This document shows, one piece after another, positions 49,325-59,529 of a stretch of DNA of 64,000 nt (positions within the stretch are counted from its first letter, which is position 1; the number at the start of each line of letters is the position of its first letter). The translations under genes were made by a program, and so were the position numbers. The stretch covers positions 352,001 through 416,000 of the forward strand of contig JAYFMW010000030.1 in NCBI GenBank assembly GCA_042408215.1, written 5' to 3'. Source of the DNA: Microcoleus sp. (GTDB lineage Bacteria; Cyanobacteriota; Cyanobacteriia; Cyanobacteriales; Microcoleaceae). Under the pieces are notes generated by a model that did not search any database, was not told the origin of the DNA, and saw nothing but the letters and a program-made list of their open reading frames with translations.

Positions 49325-51013
49325 TTACTCTACCTCGGTGCTGACAATCCATCGCGGCCAGAAGCGATCGTGTTCTGGTAAAACTCGCAGGAGTTCCTGA
49401 TGAATTTGCTCTTTAGTTCTCAGGTATTCAGGAAAAGCATCTATGCTTTCTCCTCGCATGAAGGTATAGGCGGCATCAATCGCTATTTCTGCTTCGCGGG
49501 AACGAGCCTGTTTTAACCCAAAAATATCTGAAGTTAGCCACCCAACAGCATCGCCATGTTTTGTCCAAGGAACTTCATTAAGAGTTACATCTTTACCCTG
49601 TAATTCAAACAAAAATAACTTATCTTGTCCCTCATCAAATTGAGGCTCAATTGAGGCAAGTACCAGAGGAGAATGAGTTGTCGCTATTACTTGAATCGTT
49701 ATCTGTTTCTGGAGACTTCTAGCTACTTCTAAGATGGCGGGCAGAATAGATCGTTGCCACTGAGGATGCAAGTGAGCTTCAACCTCATCCATCAGCAAAA
49801 TCATGTGATCCACAGGTTCTTGCTGTCGCAGCTTAGATGCTAGCGTGTGTTCGTACCAAGCCCACACCAGCAAGTAAGCTAGTCCTAAAATACGTTTTAT
49901 TCCTGCTGATGCGTAGATGACGGGGACAGTGCCGTAAGGTAAATTAAGTGTAGGAATCTCACGCACATCCTCGACAGAAACCCTGGTTGGTTCTCCCGGT
50001 TCCATCCATTCATCAGCATGGGGAGAAAGTTGTCGAATGACGCGAGATAATAGTTGGAATTTAGAGCGATCGGGTTGACGTTGCCAATTCACCCAATCGT
50101 GAATTAAACCATTACATAGGACTTTATCACCTACTCTTAATCCATTCCAGAGACTATCGGTAGTAAAATGATAAGAACTTGACGGCTGGCGAGTTGAATC
50201 GAGCACTGAAAATCCATCAACACGGATATAAATAATCAAGCTTCTCAAGCTGGGAGACCTTCGCAGATTGAGCCATTTCTGATCGGAATAACTAAATAGA
50301 CTTCTATATTCCTCAGAGTCTTTTTGATTGCTCAAAAGAGATATAATTTCTGGTGTTTCTCCTTCTACTTGTTGGGGAAAAGCGGGATGATCAGACCAGT
50401 TTCCGGTTAGTACCCACCACGCAACATCCAACAGAAAGGTTTTTCCCAAACCATTATCTCCCGTAAATAAATTGATCCGTTCACCAAATTCGACATCGAA
50501 TTGCGGGGCTGAACCCACCCATTTGAGGTGAAGTTCTTTCAGCATTTTATGGTGAATATATCCATCAAACTCTAGGTAGTATTCAGAATCAGATAATTTA
50601 TACAGACGGATATAGTCCCTACCGTACTTCTGCAATGTCTCGCTAGTAACGGGTTCAAATTGTTTCAGAGCACCACTTTGTTCTAACTTACCTTTGATCC
50701 AGCGACCTAGAATTTTTAAGTCCTCCTTGGATCTAAGGTTTTTGTAATGATCGCCTTGAGTGCGACAGGTAAATTTTGAACCATCATCAGTATGGGCTGT
50801 AAAATCCCCCTGGGGATAAACAGGATTATTTGTTGTTTCTGTATCTACTATAATCTCAACTTCATACCAGTCTCTAGGGATCACCTTCCCCGTGGATTTA
50901 CTTTCTCTTCCTTTTCCGAAAAAAGCATTGAGATTGGATTTTTGCTGATCGTTAACCCTGGATAAAGATATATCCACATAGGGCGTTTCAGGAGTTATGG
51001 CTGGTATGGACAT
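49325..51013 (-). CDS. Fusion of an NgoFVII-type B3 DNA-binding domain (about aa 1-150) and a PtuA-like ABC ATPase
   Basis: KSNLNAFFGKGR..PRDWYEVEIIV..TDDG..KNLRS..DLKILGRWIKG; Walker A GDNGLGKT, signature ASAG, Walker B LMDEVEAHLHPQWQR, TTHSP. Confidence 0.85.
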   Translation of the reverse strand: MSIPAITPETPYVDISLSRVNDQQKSNLNAFFGKGRESKSTGKVIPRDWYEVEIIVDTETTNNPVYPQGDFTAHTDDGSKFTCRTQGDHYKNLRSKEDLKILGRWIKGKLEQSGALKQFEPVTSETLQKYGRDYIRLYKLSDSEYYLEFDGYIHHKMLKELHLKWVGSAPQFDVEFGERINLFTGDNGLGKTFLLDVAWWVLTGNWSDHPAFPQQVEGETPEIISLLSNQKDSEEYRSLFSYSDQKWLNLRRSPSLRSLIIYIRVDGFSVLDSTRQPSSSYHFTTDSLWNGLRVGDKVLCNGLIHDWVNWQRQPDRSKFQLLSRVIRQLSPHADEWMEPGEPTRVSVEDVREIPTLNLPYGTVPVIYASAGIKRILGLAYLLVWAWYEHTLASKLRQQEPVDHMILLMDEVEAHLHPQWQRSILPAILEVARSLQKQITIQVIATTHSPLVLASIEPQFDEGQDKLFLFELQGKDVTLNEVPWTKHGDAVGWLTSDIFGLKQARSREAEIAIDAAYTFMRGESIDAFPEYLRTKEQIHQELLRVLPEHDRFWPRWIVSTEVE

Positions 51014-51030
51014 TAAGTTACCTCACTTCA

Positions 51031-52173
51031 CTAAAAAGTAAATGTTAACTGTAATTGCTGTTCAGAAGCCTCTAATTCTGCGTGTTCTAATCGTTCCTTA
51101 ATTGACATCATTTGCAACTTTTGATTTAACTTGTATAAATCTACTTTCGGATAATCCTCTTTAAATAGCGGAATCAGTGATTCAACAACGTCAACTATTC
51201 CATCTGGCGGAACTGCATTGCCAATTTGTCTTCTTACTTCAGTAATAGAACCTTCAAAAACAAAATCATCGGGAAAACTTTGCAACCTTGCTCTTTCCCT
51301 ATTTGTCAATGAACGCGGTTCAGGATAATGATATCCCCAAGTACCACCACCACCACCAGCAATAATTGTAGCACAGGGTTTATCTGGATGAATTCGCCGA
51401 TAAACGTGACTGATCATGCCTTTTACATAGTATGGACTATCCTTCGGAATATCAGTAAAATTCCCTCCCGGTTTAATCCGACTCAAAATTTCAATGGTTC
51501 GAGGCTGAATTTTTTGATGTTCCTGATTATGTTCGACTTTTTCCACATTTTTGAGTGCTTCACCTGCTGTTCGATAGGGATATTTGCGATTTTCACCGTA
51601 TTCTGGCTGAGGATGCACAAAGTTAAATCCCGTATCCATCCGAATGCCAACTAATAACACTCTTTGGCGAAATTGGGGAACTCCGTAATCAGCAAAGTTG
51701 TAGAGTTTAGGTTTGACTAGGTAGCCCGGAGCGATACTTTCAAAGTCGGAAATTATTTGTTTTATTGCTTGATAATTATTGGCACTTAATAAGCCTTTGA
51801 CATTTTCTGCTACAAAAGCTTTGGGCTTTTTCTTATTGACAAAATCGAGAAAGTATGTATATAAATTGCCTCTGGTTCCTTCGAGTCCGGGGCGTTTCCA
51901 AATCATAGAAAAATCTTGACAAGGGAAGCCTCCTATACATATTTCTGCTTCGGGAACTTGTGCAATGTCTATATTTTCTATGTTGTCGTTGACGATGACA
52001 TCAGCAATGTTTCTACTGAATGTTTGACAGGCGTATTTATTGGAGTCGATCGCCCAAACTACCTCAAATCCGGCTTTGTGGAATGGTAAGTCCATGCCGC
52101 CGCAACCGGAAAATAATGAGATCAGTTGGGGCTTTGTTTTCCAGGCGATGGGCTTGAGACGTTCGATTAACAT
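51031..52173 (-). CDS. C5-cytosine DNA methyltransferase, M.NgoFVII-like
   Basis: FSGCGG, GFPCQDFS, ENVKG, VPQ.R.R, AGGGGGTWGYH..RERARLQSFPD, QIGNAV. Confidence 0.93.
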   Translation of the reverse strand: MLIERLKPIAWKTKPQLISLFSGCGGMDLPFHKAGFEVVWAIDSNKYACQTFSRNIADVIVNDNIENIDIAQVPEAEICIGGFPCQDFSMIWKRPGLEGTRGNLYTYFLDFVNKKKPKAFVAENVKGLLSANNYQAIKQIISDFESIAPGYLVKPKLYNFADYGVPQFRQRVLLVGIRMDTGFNFVHPQPEYGENRKYPYRTAGEALKNVEKVEHNQEHQKIQPRTIEILSRIKPGGNFTDIPKDSPYYVKGMISHVYRRIHPDKPCATIIAGGGGGTWGYHYPEPRSLTNRERARLQSFPDDFVFEGSITEVRRQIGNAVPPDGIVDVVESLIPLFKEDYPKVDLYKLNQKLQMMSIKERLEHAELEASEQQLQLTFTF

Positions 52174-52380
52174 ATTAGTTCGCAGTAGGACAAGGGCTGG
52201 CTGAATGCCGGCACCACAAGATAGTAATTATACCAAAATATAGTCGAATTCGACTAATCAATTGATCTTTCATTCTTCATCGTCGGGCTAAAAACCCGGT
52301 TTCTACGTCAATATTTCTCGCAGGGATGCAAGATTGTGCTCAGAAACCGGGTTTTTTGCGTAAGTCCTGCAATTGATATT

Positions 52381-53151
52381 TCACTCTTCATCGTCTAACT
52401 CGATCGCCACTTGACGCAGTTTTTCGGCCAATTTTTCAGCGCGGAGGCGTTCGCGATCGCCCCGCTGACGTTCTTGTTCTGTTCGTTCCTCCGACCACAA
52501 CAATAACTCGCCTGCTGCATTCCACCACCTCAGCCAACAGCCTGTTCTCCCTTCGTGGGTTCCTTCCCAAATTCCTAAAAATAAGTCTAATCCCGGTATC
52601 CAATAACGTCCATTTTCATCGGGTTTTTGCAAGTTGTAACGCTCTGATTCTAAAGCATAAACTTCTAAATGAGCGGTAGTTGCCCGAAAAATGACGTATC
52701 TGGGGACTTTGATTACTTGCTCGTAAAAAAACCACTTTCCCACCCGCGAGGTAAACTCAACAGAGTATTCTTCTCCGTAGGTTTCTGACAGAAATTCCAT
52801 CAGGATTTGGGGGATGGTTCCTTCTGTGTGTGGCGTGTAACTGCGGCGGATTTGCGAGACATTTTTGGGATTGACGGGTTTCACGTACATCCAATCTGGT
52901 GCTTTGCAGATAATGCGCTGTTCGCCGCTGGTTGAACCTGGGAAACTTATGCCGGCACAAAGGGCAAAGTTGGAAACTATTAAGGCATTCTGCATTAATT
53001 CAGGAAATGCTGTTAGTGGCTGGCGCAAAGCTGCGGCTAATAATGGTTGGCTTTCGTCTTCCACGGGGTCGTCTGGTAGTTGGAAATCTTCTGGTAGTAG
53101 CGGCCAGGTGATTGTGAGTTTTGTTGCTGGGTTTTTAGTTGCTACAGACAT
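52381..53151 (-). CDS. Uma2-family (DUF820) endonuclease-fold protein
   Basis: LPDDPVE, KAPDW.YV, EFLSET, FYEQ..VP.Y, WLRWW; coiled-coil tail. Confidence 0.85.
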   Translation of the reverse strand: MSVATKNPATKLTITWPLLPEDFQLPDDPVEDESQPLLAAALRQPLTAFPELMQNALIVSNFALCAGISFPGSTSGEQRIICKAPDWMYVKPVNPKNVSQIRRSYTPHTEGTIPQILMEFLSETYGEEYSVEFTSRVGKWFFYEQVIKVPRYVIFRATTAHLEVYALESERYNLQKPDENGRYWIPGLDLFLGIWEGTHEGRTGCWLRWWNAAGELLLWSEERTEQERQRGDRERLRAEKLAEKLRQVAIELDDEE

Positions 53152-53397
53152 AGTTGATCGGAGTTAGTGGTTTTAATGGTTAAATTATATCTCTTAGTTT
53201 TTGGGATTAATGTTAATGGCTTAATTGCGAGGCAGATCCTCTGGATATGCGTTACCTTGCAGAGCCTGGTAACGAGGGAAATGGCCGTTTCTTTTGTTTG
53301 TATCGAAGTCTAGATCCCCCCTAACCCCCCTTAATAAGGGGGGGACAAGAGTGCCGTCAAAGCCCTTCTCAATTAGGGGGAACAAGAGTGCTGTCAA

Positions 53398-53537
53398 TCG
53401 ATTTTAGATTTTAGATTTTAGATTTTAGATTTACCCCACGTATAAATGCGGGGGCTTGAGGATTTTAGATTTGGGATTTTGGATTGATTCCACGGATAAA
53501 TCCGGGGGCTTGTACCACCTTTGAAATTATTGGTCAA
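53398..53537. mobile_element. Second copy of the 140-bp GTCAA-bounded element, inside a palindromic repeat cluster
   Basis: Near-identical to 9756-9895. Confidence 0.8.
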
Positions 53538-53594
53538 AGTCCCCCTTATTAAGGGGGATTTAGGGGGATCGAGACTTGGCTACAAGCGATCGTT

Positions 53595-54869
53595 CTAAGG
53601 GTTTTGAATCTTCTGCTGTAGTTCGTCTGTCATTGCTAGCAGTTCTGATTGTCCGATCGCACTTTGTTCCCCACTCGCCAACCACTTCAATTGTACCGTC
53701 TCGTTTTCCGCTTCCGCATCTCCCAAAACTAAGCAAGCAACAGCACCACTGCGATCGGCTCTTTTAAACTGTTTCCCGAAAGCACTAGCGCTCAAATCTA
53801 TCTCTACACTAAACCCCGCAATTCGCAATTTTTGTGCTAACAATACCGATTGTTGTTCGGCTTTTTCGCCCCTGGATACCAAATAAAAATCTAACTTTGG
53901 TTTGGGCAAAGGTTGCAACTTTTGCAACAGGATAATCAACCTTTCTACACCCATTGCCCAACCGACTGCCGCCGTATCCGGGCCGCCCAATTCCTTTACT
54001 AAACCGTCGTAGCGGCCACCCCCGCAAACTGTGGCTTGGGCACCTAAATCGTCGGAGATAATTTCAAAAGCGGTGTAGGTATAGTAATCTAAACCGCGCA
54101 CTAATCGGGGATTTAACTGATAGCTAATTCCTAAGTTGGTGAGCATTTGCTGCACTCGATCGAAGTGCGATCGCGAGGCATCGCCCAAATATTCCAAAAT
54201 ACTCGGCGCACCTTTGACAATTTCCTGAGTGCGCTCATTTTTGCTATCCAAAATCCGCAGCGGATTGCGAGTCAAGCGGTCTTGGGAATCGGCATCTAAT
54301 TCGGATTTGTATGGTGTAAAATAATCGATTAATGCTTGTCGGTAATTTTGTCTGTCTTCCTTGTTTCCGACAGAGTTAATATCGAGGCGCAAATTTTTTA
54401 AACCAAGAGTTTGCAGGATATCGCAGGCGATCGCAATTACCTCCACATCCGCACGGGGATTCGCACTCCCCAAGACTTCCACACCAATTTGATTAAACTG
54501 TCGTTGTCTGCCTTCTTGGGTGCGTTCGTAGCGAAACATCGGCCCAGTATACCACAGACGCTGCACGTCACCAGCCGCGTACAAACTATTTTGAATAAAA
54601 GCTCGCACTACTCCGGCTGTTCCTTCTGGCCGCAAAGTAGTCGATCGATCGCCCTTATCTTTAAAAGTGTACATTTCTTTGCCCACAACATCGGTAGCTT
54701 CGCCGATGCCGCGTTCAAATAAGGATGTTTGTTCAAAAATAGGTGTCCGAATTTCTCGATAGGCCGCTTTTTTCAAAATTGTTCTAGCGACTTCTTCGAT
54801 ATTTTGCCAATATCGAATTTCATCGGGCAAAATATCCCGCGTTCCCGGTAAAGTTTTAATTGCACTCAT
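53595..54869 (-). CDS. hisS: Histidine--tRNA ligase
   Basis: LRPEGTA, MFRYER, LVRGLDYY, GGGRYDGL. Confidence 0.97.
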   Translation of the reverse strand: MSAIKTLPGTRDILPDEIRYWQNIEEVARTILKKAAYREIRTPIFEQTSLFERGIGEATDVVGKEMYTFKDKGDRSTTLRPEGTAGVVRAFIQNSLYAAGDVQRLWYTGPMFRYERTQEGRQRQFNQIGVEVLGSANPRADVEVIAIACDILQTLGLKNLRLDINSVGNKEDRQNYRQALIDYFTPYKSELDADSQDRLTRNPLRILDSKNERTQEIVKGAPSILEYLGDASRSHFDRVQQMLTNLGISYQLNPRLVRGLDYYTYTAFEIISDDLGAQATVCGGGRYDGLVKELGGPDTAAVGWAMGVERLIILLQKLQPLPKPKLDFYLVSRGEKAEQQSVLLAQKLRIAGFSVEIDLSASAFGKQFKRADRSGAVACLVLGDAEAENETVQLKWLASGEQSAIGQSELLAMTDELQQKIQNP

Positions 54870-55081
54870 TTTGTTAGTCAGTAGTCAGTAGTCATTGGTC
54901 ATTAGTCATTGGTCATTAGTAATTGGTCATTAGTTATTGGTCATTAGTCTTGTCCTTGGTAATTTCAGATTTGTCATTGGTATTGGGTTTTTAGCAACTA
55001 ACGTCTTAATTAAAAGCTAATAACTTTTGTATTTATTAGTTCTCAATCCTTAACTCTTACCTAATGACTAATGACTGCTGA

Positions 55082-55393
55082 CTAATGACTAATAACTAAT
55101 GATTCCCAAGATCCATATCGATCGCCATAATAAGCCAAAATGCGATCGACCCGTTGGCGATCGGCCAAATCGAACCCTTCAGGATACTGTATCCACAAAG
55201 CCCCAACTTGGCTGTCGCTGTAATCAAACCGCTGCGACTGCTGCGGAATTAAACCGGTTTCCACCCCTTCAACTTGACGCAAATGGGCCGCCACTTCGCG
55301 ATACACCGCCAGTGGCAATCCAGGGCATTGAATTTGATAGCGCAGTTGTTTTTCTTGTGCCGTTTGCATCATCTGTTTGTCTGTCCGCAACAT
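55082..55393 (-). CDS. Hypothetical protein
   Basis: Protein-like ORF (LPLAVYREVAAHLRQV) 10 nt downstream of pedR. Confidence 0.7.
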   Translation of the reverse strand: MLRTDKQMMQTAQEKQLRYQIQCPGLPLAVYREVAAHLRQVEGVETGLIPQQSQRFDYSDSQVGALWIQYPEGFDLADRQRVDRILAYYGDRYGSWESLVISH

Positions 55394-55403
55394 TGGGCCC
55401 TAC

Positions 55404-55679
55404 TTAAGATACTTCTTTATCGATCGGTCTTGGTAGAGGGCAGCAGTTAATATTGTCTAAACATACCTTTCCCCACTGCAAAGCCCAGCGCACCAGTGCA
55501 ACTCGATTGTCAACCCGCGTCTTATTCAAGATATTACTAATGTGGTTGTCAACTGTACGCTTGCTAATCTCCAACTTTTCGGCTATTTTCTCATTGGTCA
55601 ATCCCGTCGCGACTAATTCTACCACTTGCAATTCTCTGTCTGACAAGGTGACAGGGGTCTGAGAAACGCTCCCACTCAT
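55404..55679 (-). CDS. pedR: Small LuxR-type HTH regulator (PedR-like)
   Basis: LSDRELQV..GLTN..ISKRTVDNH; Cys-rich tail VCLDNINCC. Confidence 0.8.
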   Translation of the reverse strand: MSGSVSQTPVTLSDRELQVVELVATGLTNEKIAEKLEISKRTVDNHISNILNKTRVDNRVALVRWALQWGKVCLDNINCCPLPRPIDKEVS

Positions 55680-56201
55680 AAATTTTTCCTATGTGTGCAT
55701 ATTTACCTATCTACAATTCTAGAGGATGAAGGATGAACTATGAAGAGAAAATTAAATCTTTTTGTGCTATAGTTGCCTGCGTGAGGTTCTTCTGGTCGAT
55801 CGAGGATCGCGCCCTAAAGAGCGCACTCCCGACACAGGGTGCAAGTGCAGGCCCTTAATTCCTGTGCTCTGGGTGGCGGCTCAACTACAAACTCGATCGC
55901 CTAGTTAGGGCGCATTCCACCGAAGCCGCCCAGAAACCCCCCATCAACCAACTATTCGCCAATGCTTTGGAAGCCTCTGAGATACAGACCATTGTAGTTT
56001 GGGCCTTGAGCGTAACACCTGATTAACGGGAGTTTAAGAGATGTTTCGATAAATTGATCTAGTTAGGGCAACTACAGTAAGTCTGATATGATCGGAGTTG
56101 GCATTAAACAATATTTCGTAAATTTTCAAAGTAGGCGACGCATTTAGAGATAATTATTGACCAGTCTGCTGCTTGTCTAAAATCTCAAATCTAAAATCAA
56201 T

Positions 56202-57200
56202 ATGACTTATCCTCGCGTTCTCTGTTTGGGTGAAATTTTATTTGACTGTCTAGCGGCTCGATCGGGACTTTCCTTAGAAGAAGTAGAGTCTTGGACGGCC
56301 TATCCGGGCGGCGCCCCTGCAAATGTTGCCTGTGCCTTAGTTAAATTGGGTACTCCTGCGGGATTTATTGGTGCTGTAGGTGGGGATGAATTGGGCAATT
56401 CCCTAGTGCAGGTATTGCAAGAAATAGGGGTTGACACTACAGGAGTGCAGCGCCATCCGACAGCACCGACGCGGCAAGTTTATGTATTGCGAAATGAAGC
56501 GGGCGATCGCTCTTTTGCCGGTTTTGGCGAATTGAATACTGCGGAGTTTGCCGACAGTCACCTCCTCGCTGCCCAAATACCGGAGGTGCTGTTCGAGAAT
56601 GCTGAATTTCTAGTGTTAGGTACTTTAGAATTAGCTTATCCAGACAGTCGAGCGGCGATAGAAAAAGCGATTCAACTAGCAGAAATATACAACCTAAAAA
56701 TTATAGTTGACATCAATTGGCGACCCGCATTTTGGCAAAATCCAGAGTCAGCAAAACCGCAGATTAAAGAACTCTTAAAAAAAGTGGATTTTCTCAAGTT
56801 ATCTGAAGAAGAAGCCGAATGGTTATTTGAAACTACCGACGCAGGAGCTATTACCTACCGCCTCGATTCCACAGAAGGTGTTTTGGTAACTGGGGGCGAT
56901 AAAGGTTGCTCCTATTGTATCTCGGAAAATGAAGGAAAAATCCCCGCTTTCCTTGTAGATGTTGAGGATACAACTGGTGCTGGCGACGGTTTTGTGGCTG
57001 GTTTAGTCAGCCAGTTGTGCAAGGAAGGAATTCAGAGTTTAGCCGATCGAGAAATAGCTAAAAAAGTTGTAACTTATGCGAGTGCAGTAGGTGCGATGAC
57101 AGCGATGAAACCAGGGGCAATTACAGCCCAACCAACCGCCGCTGAAGTAGAAGCTTTCTTGTATTTATACAAAAATTATTCTCTAAATGGTTGCAGGTAG
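56202..57200 (+). CDS. PfkB-family sugar kinase (fructokinase-like)
   Basis: PGGAPANVA, DTTGAGDGF. Confidence 0.92.
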   Translation: MTYPRVLCLGEILFDCLAARSGLSLEEVESWTAYPGGAPANVACALVKLGTPAGFIGAVGGDELGNSLVQVLQEIGVDTTGVQRHPTAPTRQVYVLRNEAGDRSFAGFGELNTAEFADSHLLAAQIPEVLFENAEFLVLGTLELAYPDSRAAIEKAIQLAEIYNLKIIVDINWRPAFWQNPESAKPQIKELLKKVDFLKLSEEEAEWLFETTDAGAITYRLDSTEGVLVTGGDKGCSYCISENEGKIPAFLVDVEDTTGAGDGFVAGLVSQLCKEGIQSLADREIAKKVVTYASAVGAMTAMKPGAITAQPTAAEVEAFLYLYKNYSLNGCR

Positions 57201-57928
57201 GGAGACGAAAGAATGCTCTTGTCCCCCCCCTTCTTAAGGGGGAGTAGGGGGCAAGAATGCGGGGGGATCGAAACTTCGATAAAAACAAGAGAGACTTTTC
57301 CCTACAACAGTGTCAAAATATAAACAGCTAAGTAGATTTGAGCAAATTCTGAGGAAGCGACAGTGACCGAAAAAAATACCGCTAGGGAAACGAAAGAACA
57401 CTCTTGTCCCCCCCCTTCTTAAGGGGGAGTAGGGGGCAAGAATGCGGGGGGATCGAAACTTCGATAAAAACGAGAGAGACTTTTCCCTACAACAGTGTCA
57501 AAATATAAACAGCTAAGTAGATTTGAGCAAATTCTGAGGAAGCGACAGTGACCGAAAAAAATACCGCTAGGGAAACGAAAGAATGCTCTTGTCCCACCCC
57601 CTACTCACACCCTACTCCCTTCTTAAGGGGGATGCGAGGGGGATCGAAACTTCGATAAAAACGAGAGAGACTTTTCCCTACAACAGTGTCAAAATATAAA
57701 CAGCTAAGTAGATTTGAGCAAATTCTGAGGAAGCGACAGTGACCGAAAAAAATACCGCTAGGGAAACGAAAGAACACTCTTGTCCCCCCCTTCTTAAGGG
57801 GGGCTAGGGGGGATCGAAACTTCGATAAAAACGAGAGAGACTTTTCCCTACAACAGTGTCAAAATATAAACAGCTAAGTAGATTTGAGCAAATTCTGAGG
57901 AAGCGACAGTGACCGAAAAAAATACCGC
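57198..57928 (+). repeat. Four tandem units (185, 185, 191, 170 bp), each containing the upstream region and first codons of the next gene
   Basis: Units start at 57198, 57383, 57568 and 57759; each ends GAGGAAGCGACAGTGACCGAAAAAAATACCGC. Confidence 0.92.
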
Positions 57929-59363
57929 CCAATGGGATGCCCGCAGGTTTGTCAAAACCCTAGCTTATTTCGGCGTCATTCCATGCATTAGCTGGCTGCA
58001 ACAACTCTTCGGAAGCAGCCGCAAAAGTAAAAAAGAACAACCCAAATTGGTACTGGTAGCCGGTGCCACCGGCGGTGTTGGTAAGCGAGTAGTGCAGCGG
58101 CTGCAACAGCGGGGAATAAAAGTAAGAGCCCTCGTTAGAGATACCAAAAGAGCTCAAGAAATTCTCGGTCAAAATGTCGAATTAGTCGAGGCAGATATCA
58201 CTCTACCAGAAACACTTACACCGCTAGTAACAAACGGCGTAGAAGCAGTTATCTGCTGCACGGGCACCAAAGTTCAACCCGTAGAAGGAGACACCCCAAC
58301 CCGCGAAAAATACTATCAAGGCATCAAATTTTATATGCCAGAAGTTGTCGATGTTCCCGAAATAGTCGAATATAAAGGCCTCAATAATTTAGTCAAAGCT
58401 GTTCGCAACCAGCTCATAAAATCCGGCGAAAAAACCATTTTCGACTTCACAAAACCCAGCCAAGATTTAAAAGAAACTTGGGGAGCACTCGACGACATCG
58501 TGATGGGTGGCGTCAGCGAAAGTTCGATTCGACTGACAGACAATACAGCCTTATTCACGGGCAATGTTTCTACTGCCAATTCCGGCGGCTTTGCTTCGGT
58601 TCGCACTCGCAACTTTGACCCGCCCATCGATGTTACAGGATTTAGCGGCATCCAACTGCGCGTTAAAGGCGACGGCCAACGCTACAAGTTTATTATTCGC
58701 AGCGAAGCTAAATGGGACGGAATTGGCTATTGCTATTCTTTTGACACCGTTTACAATATCTGGATTACTGTCACCATTCCCTTAGACAAATTAATTCCCG
58801 TATTTCGCGCCAAAACAGTAAAATCTGGTGCAAAAATAGACACTAGCGGCATTTATTCATTCCAATTAATGCTGAGCAAATTTGAATATGATGGCGCGCT
58901 AAACCCAAAATTTAGACCGGGTATTTTTCAACTACAATTAGAGTCTGTCGCAGCTTGTGACGGCATAGCTTTGCCGCGATTTGTGATGGTGAGTTCAGCC
59001 GGAGTTACTCGCCCTGGCCGCCCCGGAATTAATTTGGAAGAGGAACCGCCCGCAGTCAGAATGAATGAGATGTTGGGGGGAATTTTGACTTGGAAATTGA
59101 AAGGGGAAGATTGCGTGCGATCGAGTCGCATACCTTATACTATTGTCAGACCTTGCGCTTTGACAGAAGAGCCTGGGGGTAAAGCTTTAATGTTCGACCA
59201 AGGAGACAATATTAAAGGTAAAGTCAGTCGGGAAGATATTGCTGAATTGTGCGTGCAAGCTTTGGATCGGCCTCAAGCTTGCAATGTTACTTTTGAGGTG
59301 AAAGAGGGAGAAAGTGGCAGTGTTCCTGGAGACTGGCTGGGTTTATTTTCTGGTGTTAAATAA
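57909..59363 (+). CDS. NAD(P)-binding Rossmann protein with a CIA30 (NDUFAF1-like) domain
   Basis: VAGATGGVG; WGALDDIVMGGVS..GGFASVR..GDGQRYK. Confidence 0.9.
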   Translation: MTEKNTAQWDARRFVKTLAYFGVIPCISWLQQLFGSSRKSKKEQPKLVLVAGATGGVGKRVVQRLQQRGIKVRALVRDTKRAQEILGQNVELVEADITLPETLTPLVTNGVEAVICCTGTKVQPVEGDTPTREKYYQGIKFYMPEVVDVPEIVEYKGLNNLVKAVRNQLIKSGEKTIFDFTKPSQDLKETWGALDDIVMGGVSESSIRLTDNTALFTGNVSTANSGGFASVRTRNFDPPIDVTGFSGIQLRVKGDGQRYKFIIRSEAKWDGIGYCYSFDTVYNIWITVTIPLDKLIPVFRAKTVKSGAKIDTSGIYSFQLMLSKFEYDGALNPKFRPGIFQLQLESVAACDGIALPRFVMVSSAGVTRPGRPGINLEEEPPAVRMNEMLGGILTWKLKGEDCVRSSRIPYTIVRPCALTEEPGGKALMFDQGDNIKGKVSREDIAELCVQALDRPQACNVTFEVKEGESGSVPGDWLGLFSGVK

Positions 59364-59529
59364 CAATTGTTTGTAGGGGTCGAAGTCTAGATCCCCCCTA
59401 ACCCCCCTTAACAAGGGGGGGACAAGAAATTAACTGGTTCCCAGGCACAGCCTGGGAACCAGTAGAATAACTAATAACCAATAACTAATAACCAATAACT
59501 AATAACCAATAACTAATAACTAATAACCA

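Noticed and set aside
55780..55960. Possible structured RNA (CTGGGTGGCGGCT..AGCCGCCCAG)
   Set aside because: A single imperfect stem with no recognisable riboswitch or RNA family.
57198..57928. Possible CRISPR-like repeat-spacer array
   Set aside because: Units are 170-191 bp and the variable parts are versions of one palindrome.
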